Part shown: piece after piece, positions 53,270 to 62,701 of the stretch
How positions within the stretch are numbered: position 1 is the stretch's first letter
How the letters are laid out: each line of letters begins with the position of its first letter
Assembly (NCBI GenBank): GCA_963764615.1
Contig: CAVXTF010000002.1
Span: 1,410,265-1,474,264 of the forward strand
Direction of reading: 5' to 3'
Origin: an uncultured Acidimicrobiales bacterium
GTDB lineage: Bacteria; Actinomycetota; Acidimicrobiia; Acidimicrobiales; CAVXTF01
Length of the DNA stretch: 64,000 nucleotides
Notes under the pieces: generated by a model
The model's database searches: none
The model's input: only the letters and a program-made list of their open reading frames with translations
Told to the model about the DNA's origin: nothing
Position numbers and translations under genes: made by a program

Positions 53270-53417
53270 CCACATCAGAAGCGGGGCCCGAAAGGCCCCC
53301 ACCCGTCCGTTTGCAGACGAGCACGGGTAAAGGGTTGCCCGAAGCTTCGGGCGGCAGGCGGTCCTCGCTTCTGGCGGTGGTCCCGGGAGACCGGGACCCG
53401 AAACAGGAGGAGTGCGC
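53270..53417 (+). promoter_or_regulatory. Structured 5' leader of infC-rpmI-rplT (possible L20-responsive leader)
   Basis: Extended -10-like TGGTAACGT at 53255; hairpin GGGGCC-CGAAA-GGCCCC at 53283-53299; further GC stems; SD AGGAGG at 53405-53410. Confidence 0.5.
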
Positions 53418-54101
53418 ATCGCCACCACAACTGCCAGCGAGATCCGGATAAACGACCGCATCCGCGCCCGCGAGGTGCGACTGGTCGATCCCGACGGTCT
53501 ACAGCTGGGGATCAAGCCGCTGCCAGAAGCCCTCACGATCGCCCGTCAGTTCGATCTCGATCTTGTCGAGGTTGCTCCACTTGCGAACCCGCCCGTGTGC
53601 CGGATCATGGACTACGGGAAGTTCAAATTCGACGAGGCCCAGAAGGCGAGGGAGTCGAGACGCAAGACGAGCAACACCGGGATAAAGGAGATGAAGTATC
53701 GGCCGAAGATCGGTCCGGGTGACTTCGACACCAAGACCCGCAGAGTCCAGAAGTTCCTGAACGAGGGCCACAAGGTCAAGGTCACGATCATGTTCAGGGG
53801 ACGTGAGCTCGGGCATCCGGAGCTCGGCAGGAGGATCCTCGACCGCTTAGCGGAGGAATTGAACGGGACCGCTCGGATCGAGACCGAAGCCCGGCTCGAC
53901 GGCCGCAACATGGTGATGGTGCTCGCTCCCGACAAGCGTGCGAAGCAGTCGCAGGCAGCTCGCTCCAAGAAAGAGCCGGAGCCGGGTGAAACAGCTGGAA
54001 AGCAAGGCGACGGGTTGGACGAGGCGAAAGAGCAACCGGCGAGCGCTCCCGAAGCGGGGATCGCCACGGACGCACAGAGCGACAACGGGGCAGAGGGCTA
54101 G
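53418..54101 (+). CDS. infC: Translation initiation factor IF-3; probable ATC start
   Basis: INDRIRAREVRLV, DLVEV, PPVCRIMDYGKF, KVKVTIMFRGRE; ATC lies 7 nt after the SD. Confidence 0.97.
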   Translation: MATTTASEIRINDRIRAREVRLVDPDGLQLGIKPLPEALTIARQFDLDLVEVAPLANPPVCRIMDYGKFKFDEAQKARESRRKTSNTGIKEMKYRPKIGPGDFDTKTRRVQKFLNEGHKVKVTIMFRGRELGHPELGRRILDRLAEELNGTARIETEARLDGRNMVMVLAPDKRAKQSQAARSKKEPEPGETAGKQGDGLDEAKEQPASAPEAGIATDAQSDNGAEG

Positions 54102-54134
54102 GACGAGAAGAGCAAGGGAACCAGGAGAACCGAC

Positions 54135-54329
54135 ATGCCCAAGATGAAGACCGACAAGGGGGCGGCCAAGCGCGTGAAGATCACGGGCACGGGCCGTCTC
54201 CGCCGGCGCCACGCGATGCGCTCTCACATACTCGAGAAGAAGGCATCCAAGCGCACCCGTCGACTCGCGCGCGAGGCGGACTTCGCGCCGTCAGACCTCC
54301 GCGAGATACGGAGGCTGCTCGGTCGTTGA
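54135..54329 (+). CDS. rpmI: 50S ribosomal protein L35
   Basis: MPKMKT..GAAKR, HILEKK. Confidence 0.97.
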   Translation: MPKMKTDKGAAKRVKITGTGRLRRRHAMRSHILEKKASKRTRRLAREADFAPSDLREIRRLLGR

Positions 54330-54491
54330 GCGTCGACACGAGCCTCCGCCCCGGCCAGGAGGTCTCGCGTGTCAGACGTCGAGGATCAGTTTCGGTCGCC
54401 GACGACGCTCACCCGGTGAAACGACGGTCGTGCCGACGTCGAGGCCTTGTGCCCTGTTCATTATTGGCCCCCTTAGTGAAAGGAGTCCCTC

Positions 54492-54920
54492 ATGGCGAGA
54501 GTCAAACGTGCCGTCCACGGCCGCAAGCGCCACCGCGCTGTCCTCGAGCAAGCCGAGGGCTACTACGGGAACCGCAGTCGAACCTTCAAATCCGCAAACG
54601 AGGCTGTCCTGCACTCGTTGCAGTACGCATACCGCGACCGGCGGGCTCGCAAGGGCGACTTCCGCCGTCTGTGGATACAGCGGATCAACGCCGCCGCGCG
54701 CGAGAACGGCACCAGCTACAGCCAGTTCGTGTCGGGCCTGAAGCGCAACGGGGTCGAGGTCGACCGCAAGGTGCTCGCGGATCTGGCGGTGATGGACCCT
54801 GAAGCATTCAGCCATCTGGTCGTGGTCGCGACCGACGGGCACAACGGGCGTGGGACCACCGACTCGCAGATCTCGGTCGCAGAGGCCGCCGGCGCGCCGG
54901 ATGCCGGGAGAGAGCCCTGA
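54492..54920 (+). CDS. rplT: 50S ribosomal protein L20
   Basis: [34 protein letters not shown]. Confidence 0.98.
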   Translation: MARVKRAVHGRKRHRAVLEQAEGYYGNRSRTFKSANEAVLHSLQYAYRDRRARKGDFRRLWIQRINAAARENGTSYSQFVSGLKRNGVEVDRKVLADLAVMDPEAFSHLVVVATDGHNGRGTTDSQISVAEAAGAPDAGREP

Positions 54921-55770
54921 CCGTTCGGCTCGGCCTGCGCCACCAACGTGTGCAACGCCTCCGCCGTCTTCTTCAGCGTCGCACCGCGCGCATCGGTGAT
55001 GGCGCTTTCGTCGCCGAAGGAGTCAAGCTTCTCGACTGCGCTCTGGATGCCGATGCCTCAGTCGAGGCCGTCTATGTGGGAGCCGGCGCGCTCAGCTCGT
55101 CGGGCCTGCGCGAGTCCGTGGAGCGAGCCATGACCGCGGGGCGCGCGCGTTCGAGCTCGCACCCGGAGTGCTCGAGAAGATCGCGGGCACAGTGACACCC
55201 CAGCCGGTCCTGGCCGTGGTCAAGACCCCTGAGGCTTCACTCGAAGACACAGCGGACGCACATCTGGTGATCGTCTGCGTGGACGTGAGGGACCCGGGAA
55301 ACGCCGGAGCACTCATCCGCAGCGCCGACGCCTCCGGCGCCGGCGGGGTGGTGTGCTGTGACGGTACCGTCGACCCCTACAACCCGAAGACCGTCAGAGC
55401 TTCGGCTGGGTCGGTGCTCCACGTGCCGGTCGTAACCGGCGTCGAAGCTCCGGAGGCCCTTTCATGGTTGTCGGCGCACGGCTTCGCGCTTCGTGGCGCT
55501 GTTGCTCACGGCGGCACGCCGCACACAGACGTGGACTGGTCACGCAGATCGGCACTCGTCCTCGGCAACGAGGCTTCGGGACTCGACGAATCGATTAGGC
55601 CGCGGCTAGACGAGCTCGTAACGGTCTCGATGTCTGGCCATGCCGAGTCGCTCAACGTCGCGATCGCCGGGGCCGTGATCTGTTTCGAGGCCTTGCGGCA
55701 ACGTTCTTCAGCGCTTGCCGGTGCGCATGGTCGCGTTTCCGCGCGCCATGACGACGTCCTGAGCAAGTGA
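54917..55770 (+). CDS. TrmH/SpoU family RNA methyltransferase; frameshift near 55145, start approximate
   Basis: [37 protein letters not shown]. Confidence 0.92.
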
Positions 55771-56876
55771 CAGGCCACGCTCCGAGGGGTCCGGCGCCGC
55801 GAGACGCGGCCAATGACCCGGCCGGGTTGGATGTAGGCGCGCTGCTCGCTGACGCCGAGCGACGCGTTGAGAGTTGCACGACCCTCGACGATCTTCGCGC
55901 GACCGAGGTCGACCTTCTGGGTAAGCGGTCACCCCTTGCCGAAGCTCACGGTCGACTTGGATCTTTGGACCCTGCTCTGAGGCGCGATGCCGGGCGCCGT
56001 CTCGGCGAGGTGCGCGCTCAGCTCGACCGGCTGTTCGCCGGGCGCCGCGCGATGCTCGACGAAGTCGAGCGCAGGGCGACCGTCGAGTCCGATCGGCTGG
56101 ACCTGACAGAGCGACCAGATACGTCGGGAACCGGTCTCGGGGAGATCGGGCTGATGGGGCATCTCCACCTCGTACAGCGCACACGTGACGAGCTCGAGGA
56201 CGTCTTCGTCGGGATGGGATTCGCGATCGCGGACGGTCCCGAGGTCGAGACCGATTGGTACAACTTCGAGGCTCTCAACATCCCCCCTGCACATCCTGCG
56301 CGAGGGATGTGGGACACCTTCTATCTCGACGTGGGGGAGCCCGGCACGGTGCTGCTCCGTACGCACACGTCGCCCGTCCAGATACGGCTGATGCAGGCGC
56401 AGAGGCCGCCTGTGTACGCGGTCATGCCCGGGCGCTGCTACCGCCGTGACACGCCCGACGCGCGTCACACGCCGATCTTCCACCAGGTCGAGGGGCTCGT
56501 CGTCGACCGCGACATCAGCTTCGCCGACCTTGCCGGCACCATCGAGACGTTCACCGGCGCGTACTTCGGTGCAGGCATCCATTCGCGCCTGCGTCCTGCC
56601 TACTTCCCGTTCACCGAGCCGTCTGCGGAATTCGAGATCACATGCACGATCTGTTTGGGTGAAGGCTGCCGCACCTGCTCCCAGACGGGATGGGTCGAGC
56701 TCGGAGGATGCGGCATGGTCGACCCCGCCGTGTTCGAGGCCGTCGGCGTCGACCCCGAGCGATGGACGGGGTTCGCTTTCGGATTCGGAATCGACAGGTG
56801 CGCCCAGATGCGCCACGCCATTCCGGACATGCGCGTCATGCTCGAGAACGACGTGCGTGTCCTGACCCAGGCATAG
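55767..56876 (+). CDS. pheS: Phenylalanine-tRNA ligase alpha subunit
   Basis: NFEALN, HPAR, LRTHTSPVQ, YFPFTEPS, GFAFGFG. Confidence 0.98.
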   Translation: MTGHAPRGPAPRDAANDPAGLDVGALLADAERRVESCTTLDDLRATEVDLLGKRSPLAEAHGRLGSLDPALRRDAGRRLGEVRAQLDRLFAGRRAMLDEVERRATVESDRLDLTERPDTSGTGLGEIGLMGHLHLVQRTRDELEDVFVGMGFAIADGPEVETDWYNFEALNIPPAHPARGMWDTFYLDVGEPGTVLLRTHTSPVQIRLMQAQRPPVYAVMPGRCYRRDTPDARHTPIFHQVEGLVVDRDISFADLAGTIETFTGAYFGAGIHSRLRPAYFPFTEPSAEFEITCTICLGEGCRTCSQTGWVELGGCGMVDPAVFEAVGVDPERWTGFAFGFGIDRCAQMRHAIPDMRVMLENDVRVLTQA

Positions 56877-56884
56877 GAGAGCGC

Positions 56885-59419
56885 GTGCGCGTACCGGTCT
56901 CCTGGCTCAGAGACTTCGCACCGTTCGGGCCGGCGACGGAGCTGGTCCCGGTCCTCGACGGCCTGGGCCTCGTCGTCGAGGGCGTCGACGAGGTCGGCGA
57001 GGGTCTTGCAGATGTCGTGGTCGCCCGGGTCACACAGATAGCGGCCATCCCGGGTGCCGACCGGATCAGGCTGGTCACGGTCGACGCCGGGGGAAGAGAC
57101 GTGCAGGTCGTCTGCGGGGCATGGAACTTCGGCGAGGGCGACCTGGTACCCCTCGCTCCGGTCGGGTCGGTGCTCCCCGGCGGCATGGAGATCGGCCGCC
57201 GGAAGATGAAGGGTGTCACCTCCGAGGGGATGCTGTGCTCCGGCAGGGAGCTCGGCCTGTCGGATGACGCGGCGGGACTGCTGGTTCTCGGAACAGGAGA
57301 TCATGCGGCGGAGCCCGGCACCCCGATCGCGGATGCACTGGGTATCGGGCGCGACACCGTGCTCGACATAGCAGTGGAAGCGAACCGGCCCGACGCGATG
57401 TGCATGGCAGGTATCGCGCGCGACCTCGCGGCGCGACTGAAGCTCGAGTTCGTCCTTCCAGAGCCGCCCGAACTGCCGGTGACTCGCCACCGGGCTGGAA
57501 AAGACGATGAGGTAGGCCTGTCGGCAAGGGTCGAGGTTCCCGACCCGGACCTCTGCCCCCGGTTCACCGCGCACGTGCTCTCCGGGTTCGTCATCGAGCC
57601 TTCGACTTCGCTCGTGGCCCGCCGGCTTGTGCTCGCCGGAATGCGGCCGCTCAACAACGTGGTCGACGCCTCGAATTACGTGATGCTCGAGCTCGGTCAG
57701 CCGACCCACCCCTATGACCTGGGTCGCGTCGCAAGGCACACGCTCCGTGCAAGAGCCGGACGTCGCGGCGAGGTCGTCGTGACGCTCGACGGGGTCGAAC
57801 GAAGGGTGGGCGAGCGGTCCGTCGGGCCGGGCGACGACCTGCGCGACTGCCTGATCTGCGACGGCGACGACATCGCTATCGGGATCGGAGGCGTGATGGG
57901 CGGGGCTTCAACCGAGATCTCCGATTCAACCAAACGGATCCTGCTGGAGGCGGCCTATTTCACGCCGATGGCGATCGCCAGGACGTCGTCGCGCCTCGGT
58001 CTCAGGACCGAGGCCTCCGCGCGGTTCGAAAGAGGATGCGACCCTGAGGGCATCGACCGTTCTGTCCGCAGGTTCTGCGAAGTTCTCGCGCAGTCGGCGG
58101 GGCCGGAGTTCTACGTGCATCCGGGATCTGTGGACGTGCGCGGCGACGTGCCGCGGGCCGCTCTGGTGAGGCTGCGAACCGCGAGGCTGAACACGATCCT
58201 CGGCTCCCAACTCCGAGACGACGACATTGCGTCATACCTTCGTCCTATCGGCTTCACTTCGACGATGGCGAGCCCCGGCGTCCTCGAGGTGACCGTCCCG
58301 ACATTCCGGCCGGATGTCACACGCGAGATCGACGTGATCGAAGAGGTCGCGAGGCACCACGGTTACCAGGCGCTTCCACGCAGGACGCGCCGTGCTCCAC
58401 AGGTCGGTTCGCTTAGCGCCCGCCAGCTCGCCAGGAGGACACTTCGCAACGCGCTCGCCCACACGGGCGCACACGAGGCCTGGACCCCGTCTCTGATTTC
58501 TCCTTCCGACGACGAGCGCATCGGTCTCACAACGCCTGCCATCTCGGTTTCCAATCCCTTGAGCCCGGAAGAATCGGCCTTGAGGCGCTCGCTCATCCCG
58601 GGCCTGCTCCGCGCACTTTCTTTCAATCTGAACCGGCGCCAGAACGGGTTGCGTCTCTTCGAGCTCGGCAACGTATTCCCGGTTCCCGACCCCGAGCGCG
58701 TCCGCACAGCCATGGAGCACGCCGACCCGCAACTGACAGTGGTCGACGAGCGGGAGTTCGCCGGCCTTCTCTTAGCGGGCCCCGGAGATGACGCGAAAAG
58801 CGCCGCGGCCTCGTGGACAGCCGTCGCGGAGGCGATGGGATTCGAGCACATCGAGCTCGAACAGCGGCAAGATGCGAAGGGGGAGGACGCGTCCGGCGCG
58901 AATCCGAAAGTCGTGTGGGGGAACGGACTCCACCCGACGAGGCGCGCCCGCCTGGTCGTGGGACGTGGCGCGCATGCGGGGACGGCCATCGGAGAAGTGG
59001 GGGAGATCGATCCGCAGGTGGTTTCTCGTTTCGGGATCGATGCCCGGGACAGAAGGGTCGGCTGGCTCTGTTTCGATCTGGGCCTTGCTCTCGACGCAGT
59101 CCCGCGACGCAGCAGTTCCGTCGCTCCTGTGAGCAGATACCCCTCCACGGACATCGACCTCGCCTTCGTCGTCCCTGACGAGGTTCCCGCTCAGGCGGTG
59201 GAAGAGACCTTGAGCAGAAGCGGAGGGCCTTTGCTCGAGAGGATCTGGCTCTTCGACGCGTTCAGGGGAGCGGGGTTGTCAGGTGGCGAGCGGAGCCTCG
59301 CCTACCGGTTACGGTTCTGCGCGACGGACCGCACACTCACCGACGAAGAGGTCGCAGAGCTGCGGTCAGCGTGCATTGCAGCCACACAGAACGAGCACGG
59401 GGCCAGAATTCGGAGCTGA
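56885..59419 (+). CDS. pheT: Phenylalanine-tRNA ligase beta subunit
   Basis: VCGA.N, SEGMLCS, NRPD, NYVMLELGQP.H, RFERG, IEEVAR, DRTLTD. Confidence 0.97.
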   Translation: MRVPVSWLRDFAPFGPATELVPVLDGLGLVVEGVDEVGEGLADVVVARVTQIAAIPGADRIRLVTVDAGGRDVQVVCGAWNFGEGDLVPLAPVGSVLPGGMEIGRRKMKGVTSEGMLCSGRELGLSDDAAGLLVLGTGDHAAEPGTPIADALGIGRDTVLDIAVEANRPDAMCMAGIARDLAARLKLEFVLPEPPELPVTRHRAGKDDEVGLSARVEVPDPDLCPRFTAHVLSGFVIEPSTSLVARRLVLAGMRPLNNVVDASNYVMLELGQPTHPYDLGRVARHTLRARAGRRGEVVVTLDGVERRVGERSVGPGDDLRDCLICDGDDIAIGIGGVMGGASTEISDSTKRILLEAAYFTPMAIARTSSRLGLRTEASARFERGCDPEGIDRSVRRFCEVLAQSAGPEFYVHPGSVDVRGDVPRAALVRLRTARLNTILGSQLRDDDIASYLRPIGFTSTMASPGVLEVTVPTFRPDVTREIDVIEEVARHHGYQALPRRTRRAPQVGSLSARQLARRTLRNALAHTGAHEAWTPSLISPSDDERIGLTTPAISVSNPLSPEESALRRSLIPGLLRALSFNLNRRQNGLRLFELGNVFPVPDPERVRTAMEHADPQLTVVDEREFAGLLLAGPGDDAKSAAASWTAVAEAMGFEHIELEQRQDAKGEDASGANPKVVWGNGLHPTRRARLVVGRGAHAGTAIGEVGEIDPQVVSRFGIDARDRRVGWLCFDLGLALDAVPRRSSSVAPVSRYPSTDIDLAFVVPDEVPAQAVEETLSRSGGPLLERIWLFDAFRGAGLSGGERSLAYRLRFCATDRTLTDEEVAELRSACIAATQNEHGARIRS

Positions 59420-59443
59420 GCTCCCGCAAAGCAGGGAGGCGCG

Positions 59444-59779
59444 ATGGCAGAGCTCGAAGGAGTGACAGTGTCCCGCCGGGAAGGTCGGCCGCTGAGTCGC
59501 GAAGAAGCCGAGCAGAAGCTGCGCGACGAAGGCCTGGTCGGCGAGGCGTGGCAGAACGGGCCCGACTACAACTACATCGCCCACGATCATCCGTACACGA
59601 AGGTCCTCTATTGCGTCGTGGGCTCGATCGTCTTCCACGTGCGTGACGACTCGGGAGAAGTCCATGACATCGCACTCGAGCCAGGCGACCGGATGGACTT
59701 AGGAAGCGGGATAGTCCACAGCGCGTCAGTCGGGCCGAACGGCGTCATCTGCGTCGAGGGGGCCCGTCAAGCTACGTAG
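59444..59779 (+). CDS. Cupin domain protein
   Basis: HDHPY..VLY.V.GSI, LEPGD, HSA.VG. Confidence 0.85.
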   Translation: MAELEGVTVSRREGRPLSREEAEQKLRDEGLVGEAWQNGPDYNYIAHDHPYTKVLYCVVGSIVFHVRDDSGEVHDIALEPGDRMDLGSGIVHSASVGPNGVICVEGARQAT

Positions 59780-60174
59780 GGACGGGATCCTCGATCGCCT
59801 CGAGGACTGCGAGCGTGCTCGGCCCGAGCCAAGGGAGAACCGCCCGCCTGGTGTCGAGCGACAGGTAGTCGAGGAACGACCAACCGACCAGCTCCTCAGC
59901 GTCCTCGGAAGTCGAAGCAACCTGCTCTACGGCGGTGAGGCATCTCGTGAGAAGTGGGCGGAACTGCTCGATGCCTGCGGCGAGCTCGGCGACGAATTTC
60001 AGCAAGCTCGCAGAACGTCTCTGTCGTCCCGGGGTCATCGTCGGCGAGTTCGACCAGCTCGAGGTAGCGCTCCAGGAACTCGGGCACCGCCTCGAGCACA
60101 GTGGTCACCTCGGTCGAGCGGCCGTCTGTTGCCTCGATCGATCGGCTCGCCCGCCCCGGTATGTCGGAGTTCAT
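59772..60174 (-). CDS. Hypothetical alpha-helical protein; frameshift near 59998
   Basis: ORFs 59896..60174 (LEAVPEF...FCELAE) and 59772..60038 (FVAEL...SFLDYL...WLGPST) join into one plausible protein. Confidence 0.6.
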
Positions 60175-60240
60175 TACTAAAGACTATGAAAACATATGAA
60201 TCGTCGTCAAATAGTCTCTATCAGTGTCGACTCGGGATAG

Positions 60241-60316
60241 CCATTTCGGCGATAAGGAAACTCTTGTGTGTACAAAACGCCGATTTCTTATCGGCAGAGA
60301 CATGCTCTGTGGATAA
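60241..60316. repeat. AT-rich palindromic dispersed element, copy 2, ending in a perfect DnaA box
   Basis: Similar to 30274-30360; TGTGGATAA (reverse complement TTATCCACA) at 60308-60316. Confidence 0.7.
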
Positions 60317-60364
60317 CCCGGCGACCCAGCCAGCCAGCGAGGCGAGGCAGACGGGCCCCAAAAG

Positions 60365-60433
60365 CCGGGTCCCCGGGTCCCCGGGTCCCCAGTGCCCCAG
60401 GGCCCCCAGGCCCCCAAGGTCCCCAGGTCCCCA
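60365..60433. repeat. About 8-bp period C-tract array (G-tracts on the minus strand)
   Basis: C4-C5 runs at 60371, 60379, 60387, 60395, 60403, 60411, 60421 and 60429. Confidence 0.9.
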
Positions 60434-60438
60434 GAGGA

Positions 60439-60467
60439 TTGCATGAGTATTCACTGACCTGTATATT
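60439..60467 (+). promoter_or_regulatory. argC promoter overlapped by an ARG box
   Basis: TGCATGAGTATTCA (60440-60453) fits the ArgR consensus TG(A/C)AT-N4-AT(G/T)CA; TTGCAT-17nt-TATATT forms a -35/-10 pair. Confidence 0.75.
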
Positions 60468-60476
60468 GGTCGATCC

Positions 60477-61505
60477 ATGACTGTGCAGGTCGGGATCGCC
60501 GGAGCGACAGGATACGTAGGAGCAGAGCTGCTTCGTCTGTGCTCCGGGCACCCGGACCTCGAGGTGGCCGTGGCCGCCGGCCAGAGCCGCAGAGGGGAGG
60601 AGATCGGTTCCGTCTACCCGTCACTCGCCGCCGCCTACCCGGGGGTCGTGCTCGCGGCGGCCGAGCCGAGGGAGCTGAAGGGGGTCGACGTCTGTTTCCT
60701 CGCCCTGCCCCACGGCGAGTCCCAGCAGGTGGCAAGAGAGCTAACGGGAACTGTCGGGTCTGTCATCGACCTGGCCGCAGACTTCCGTCTTCGTGACCCG
60801 GCTGTCTACGCCAAGTGGTACGGCTCAGAGCACCAGGCCGCTGATCTGATCGCGCGGTTCGTGTACGGCCTTCCCGAGCTCTTCCGCAGCGAGCTCGCCG
60901 GAGCGAAGTTGATCGCTGTTCCCGGCTGTTACCCGACCGCGGCGGCGCTCGCCGTCGCGCCATTCACCAGATCCGGGTGGGTCGAGCCCGCGGGCATCGT
61001 GGTCGACGCTGCGAGCGGCGTCTCCGGGTCAGGGCGATCCCTGACCGACGCCACCCACTTCGCGACAGCCGACGAGGATTTCAGTGCTTACGGTCTTCTC
61101 GACCATCGCCACACCCCGGAGATCGAGCAGGCCGTGGGTGCGAGTGTGCTGTTCACCCCGCATCTCGCCCCGATGAACCGAGGGATCCTCGCGACCTGCT
61201 ACATGCGGTTGGCCAACGATCGGCAGTCGCCCGACACGCCTTCTGCCATCGAATTGCTCAGAGAGTCGTACGCCGGAGAGCCGTTCGTGGTCGTGAGCGA
61301 AAGGCCCCCGTCCACCAAGGCGACGCTCGGTTCGAACGTCGCACACCTGACCGCGCGCGTGGACGCGCGCACGGGCTGGGTGGTGTCTCTCTGCGCGATC
61401 GACAACCTGGTGAAGGGCGCGGCGGGCCAGGCGATCCAGTGCGCCAACATCGTGCTCGGCCTTCCCGAGACATCGGGGCTTCCGATAGCCGGGGTCTATC
61501 CGTGA
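60477..61505 (+). CDS. argC: N-acetyl-gamma-glutamyl-phosphate reductase
   Basis: GATGYVG, LALPHG, PGCYPT, SGVSG.G, HRHTPEI, DNLVKGAAGQA. Confidence 0.98.
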   Translation: MTVQVGIAGATGYVGAELLRLCSGHPDLEVAVAAGQSRRGEEIGSVYPSLAAAYPGVVLAAAEPRELKGVDVCFLALPHGESQQVARELTGTVGSVIDLAADFRLRDPAVYAKWYGSEHQAADLIARFVYGLPELFRSELAGAKLIAVPGCYPTAAALAVAPFTRSGWVEPAGIVVDAASGVSGSGRSLTDATHFATADEDFSAYGLLDHRHTPEIEQAVGASVLFTPHLAPMNRGILATCYMRLANDRQSPDTPSAIELLRESYAGEPFVVVSERPPSTKATLGSNVAHLTARVDARTGWVVSLCAIDNLVKGAAGQAIQCANIVLGLPETSGLPIAGVYP

Positions 61506-62701
61506 CCGCCCTGACGGGGCTGACCGGCTCGACGGGCGTCACCGGCCCGCGTGGCTTCGTTGCGGCGGGAGCCGCGTGCGGCATAAAGGAGTCGGGTGCT
61601 CCTGACCTCGCCCTGGTTTGCACACACGACCGCCGCCCGGTGCCGGCCGCCGCAGTCTTCACTACCAACAAGGCAAAGGCAGCTCCTGTGCTCGTCAGCC
61701 GCGCGCACCTCGACTCCACCGGTGGCCACGCGGCAGCGGTGGTCTGTTCGAGCGGGAACGCCAACGCTCAGACCGGACCTGCGGGACGGCACGCCGCGGA
61801 ACGCATGTGTGAGCTCATCGCCTCGGGGATCGGGTCGTCGCCCGAGGAGGTCCTCGTTTGCCAGACCGGCCTGATCGGCATTCCGTTCCCGATCGACAGG
61901 TTCGAGAGCGGGTTTCATGGGCTCGTCGGCTCGCTCGACGGTTCAGCCGATGCCGGCAGGCTCGCGGCGGTCGCGATGATGACGACGGACACCGTCGCGA
62001 AGGAGGTTCTCATCGAGGGGATCGGATTCAGCGTCGGCGGCATGGCGAAAGGCGCAGCCATGCTGTCTCCCAACATGGCGACGATGCTCGCCGTCTTAAC
62101 GACCGACGCGAGGTGCGATGCGGAGGCGCTTTCTCGCATCCTCGCAAACGCGGTCGCGGACAGCTTCAACGAGTTGACCGTCGACGGATGCTGCTCGACC
62201 AACGACACGGTCGTTCTCCTGTCGAGCGGTCTCGCGGGTGCGGTGCCGGACGACACGTTGGACGAGGCTGTCGCGCAGGCGTGCGGACACCTCGCAGAAG
62301 CGATGGTGGCCGACGCCGAGGGGGCGAGCAAGGTGGCCAGGATCACCGTGAGCGGCGCAGCCACCGATGCACAGGCCGCTCAGGCTGCACGCAGGGTCGC
62401 GCAATCCATGCTCGTGAAGTGCTCGCTCAACGGTGCAGACCCCTATTGGGGAAGGATCGTGAGTGAGCTCGGGTCTGCCGGGGTCGATTTCGACCCCGAC
62501 CGTGTCGCGGTGAACTACGGGGGGGTGACGGTCTGCTCGCAAGGGATCGCCCTCGGCCACGACAGCGCTGCCGTCGCGAAGCACCTGGCCGGGAACAGGG
62601 TGGAGATCGGGTGCGACCTCGATCTAGGGACCGGGAGCGCGTCGGTGCTCACCTGCGACCTGGGGCACGGCTACATCGACGAGAACCGGGGAACGTCGTG
62701 A
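61502..62701 (+). CDS. argJ: Ornithine acetyltransferase
   Basis: GNANA.TG, MTTDT, KGAAMLSPNMATML, STNDT, DAEGASK. Confidence 0.97.
   Translation: MTALTGLTGSTGVTGPRGFVAAGAACGIKESGAPDLALVCTHDRRPVPAAAVFTTNKAKAAPVLVSRAHLDSTGGHAAAVVCSSGNANAQTGPAGRHAAERMCELIASGIGSSPEEVLVCQTGLIGIPFPIDRFESGFHGLVGSLDGSADAGRLAAVAMMTTDTVAKEVLIEGIGFSVGGMAKGAAMLSPNMATMLAVLTTDARCDAEALSRILANAVADSFNELTVDGCCSTNDTVVLLSSGLAGAVPDDTLDEAVAQACGHLAEAMVADAEGASKVARITVSGAATDAQAAQAARRVAQSMLVKCSLNGADPYWGRIVSELGSAGVDFDPDRVAVNYGGVTVCSQGIALGHDSAAVAKHLAGNRVEIGCDLDLGTGSASVLTCDLGHGYIDENRGTS

Noticed and set aside
60170..60320. Replication origin (AT-rich region plus DnaA box)
   Set aside because: Only one perfect box is present, and there is no dnaA/dnaN/gyrB context
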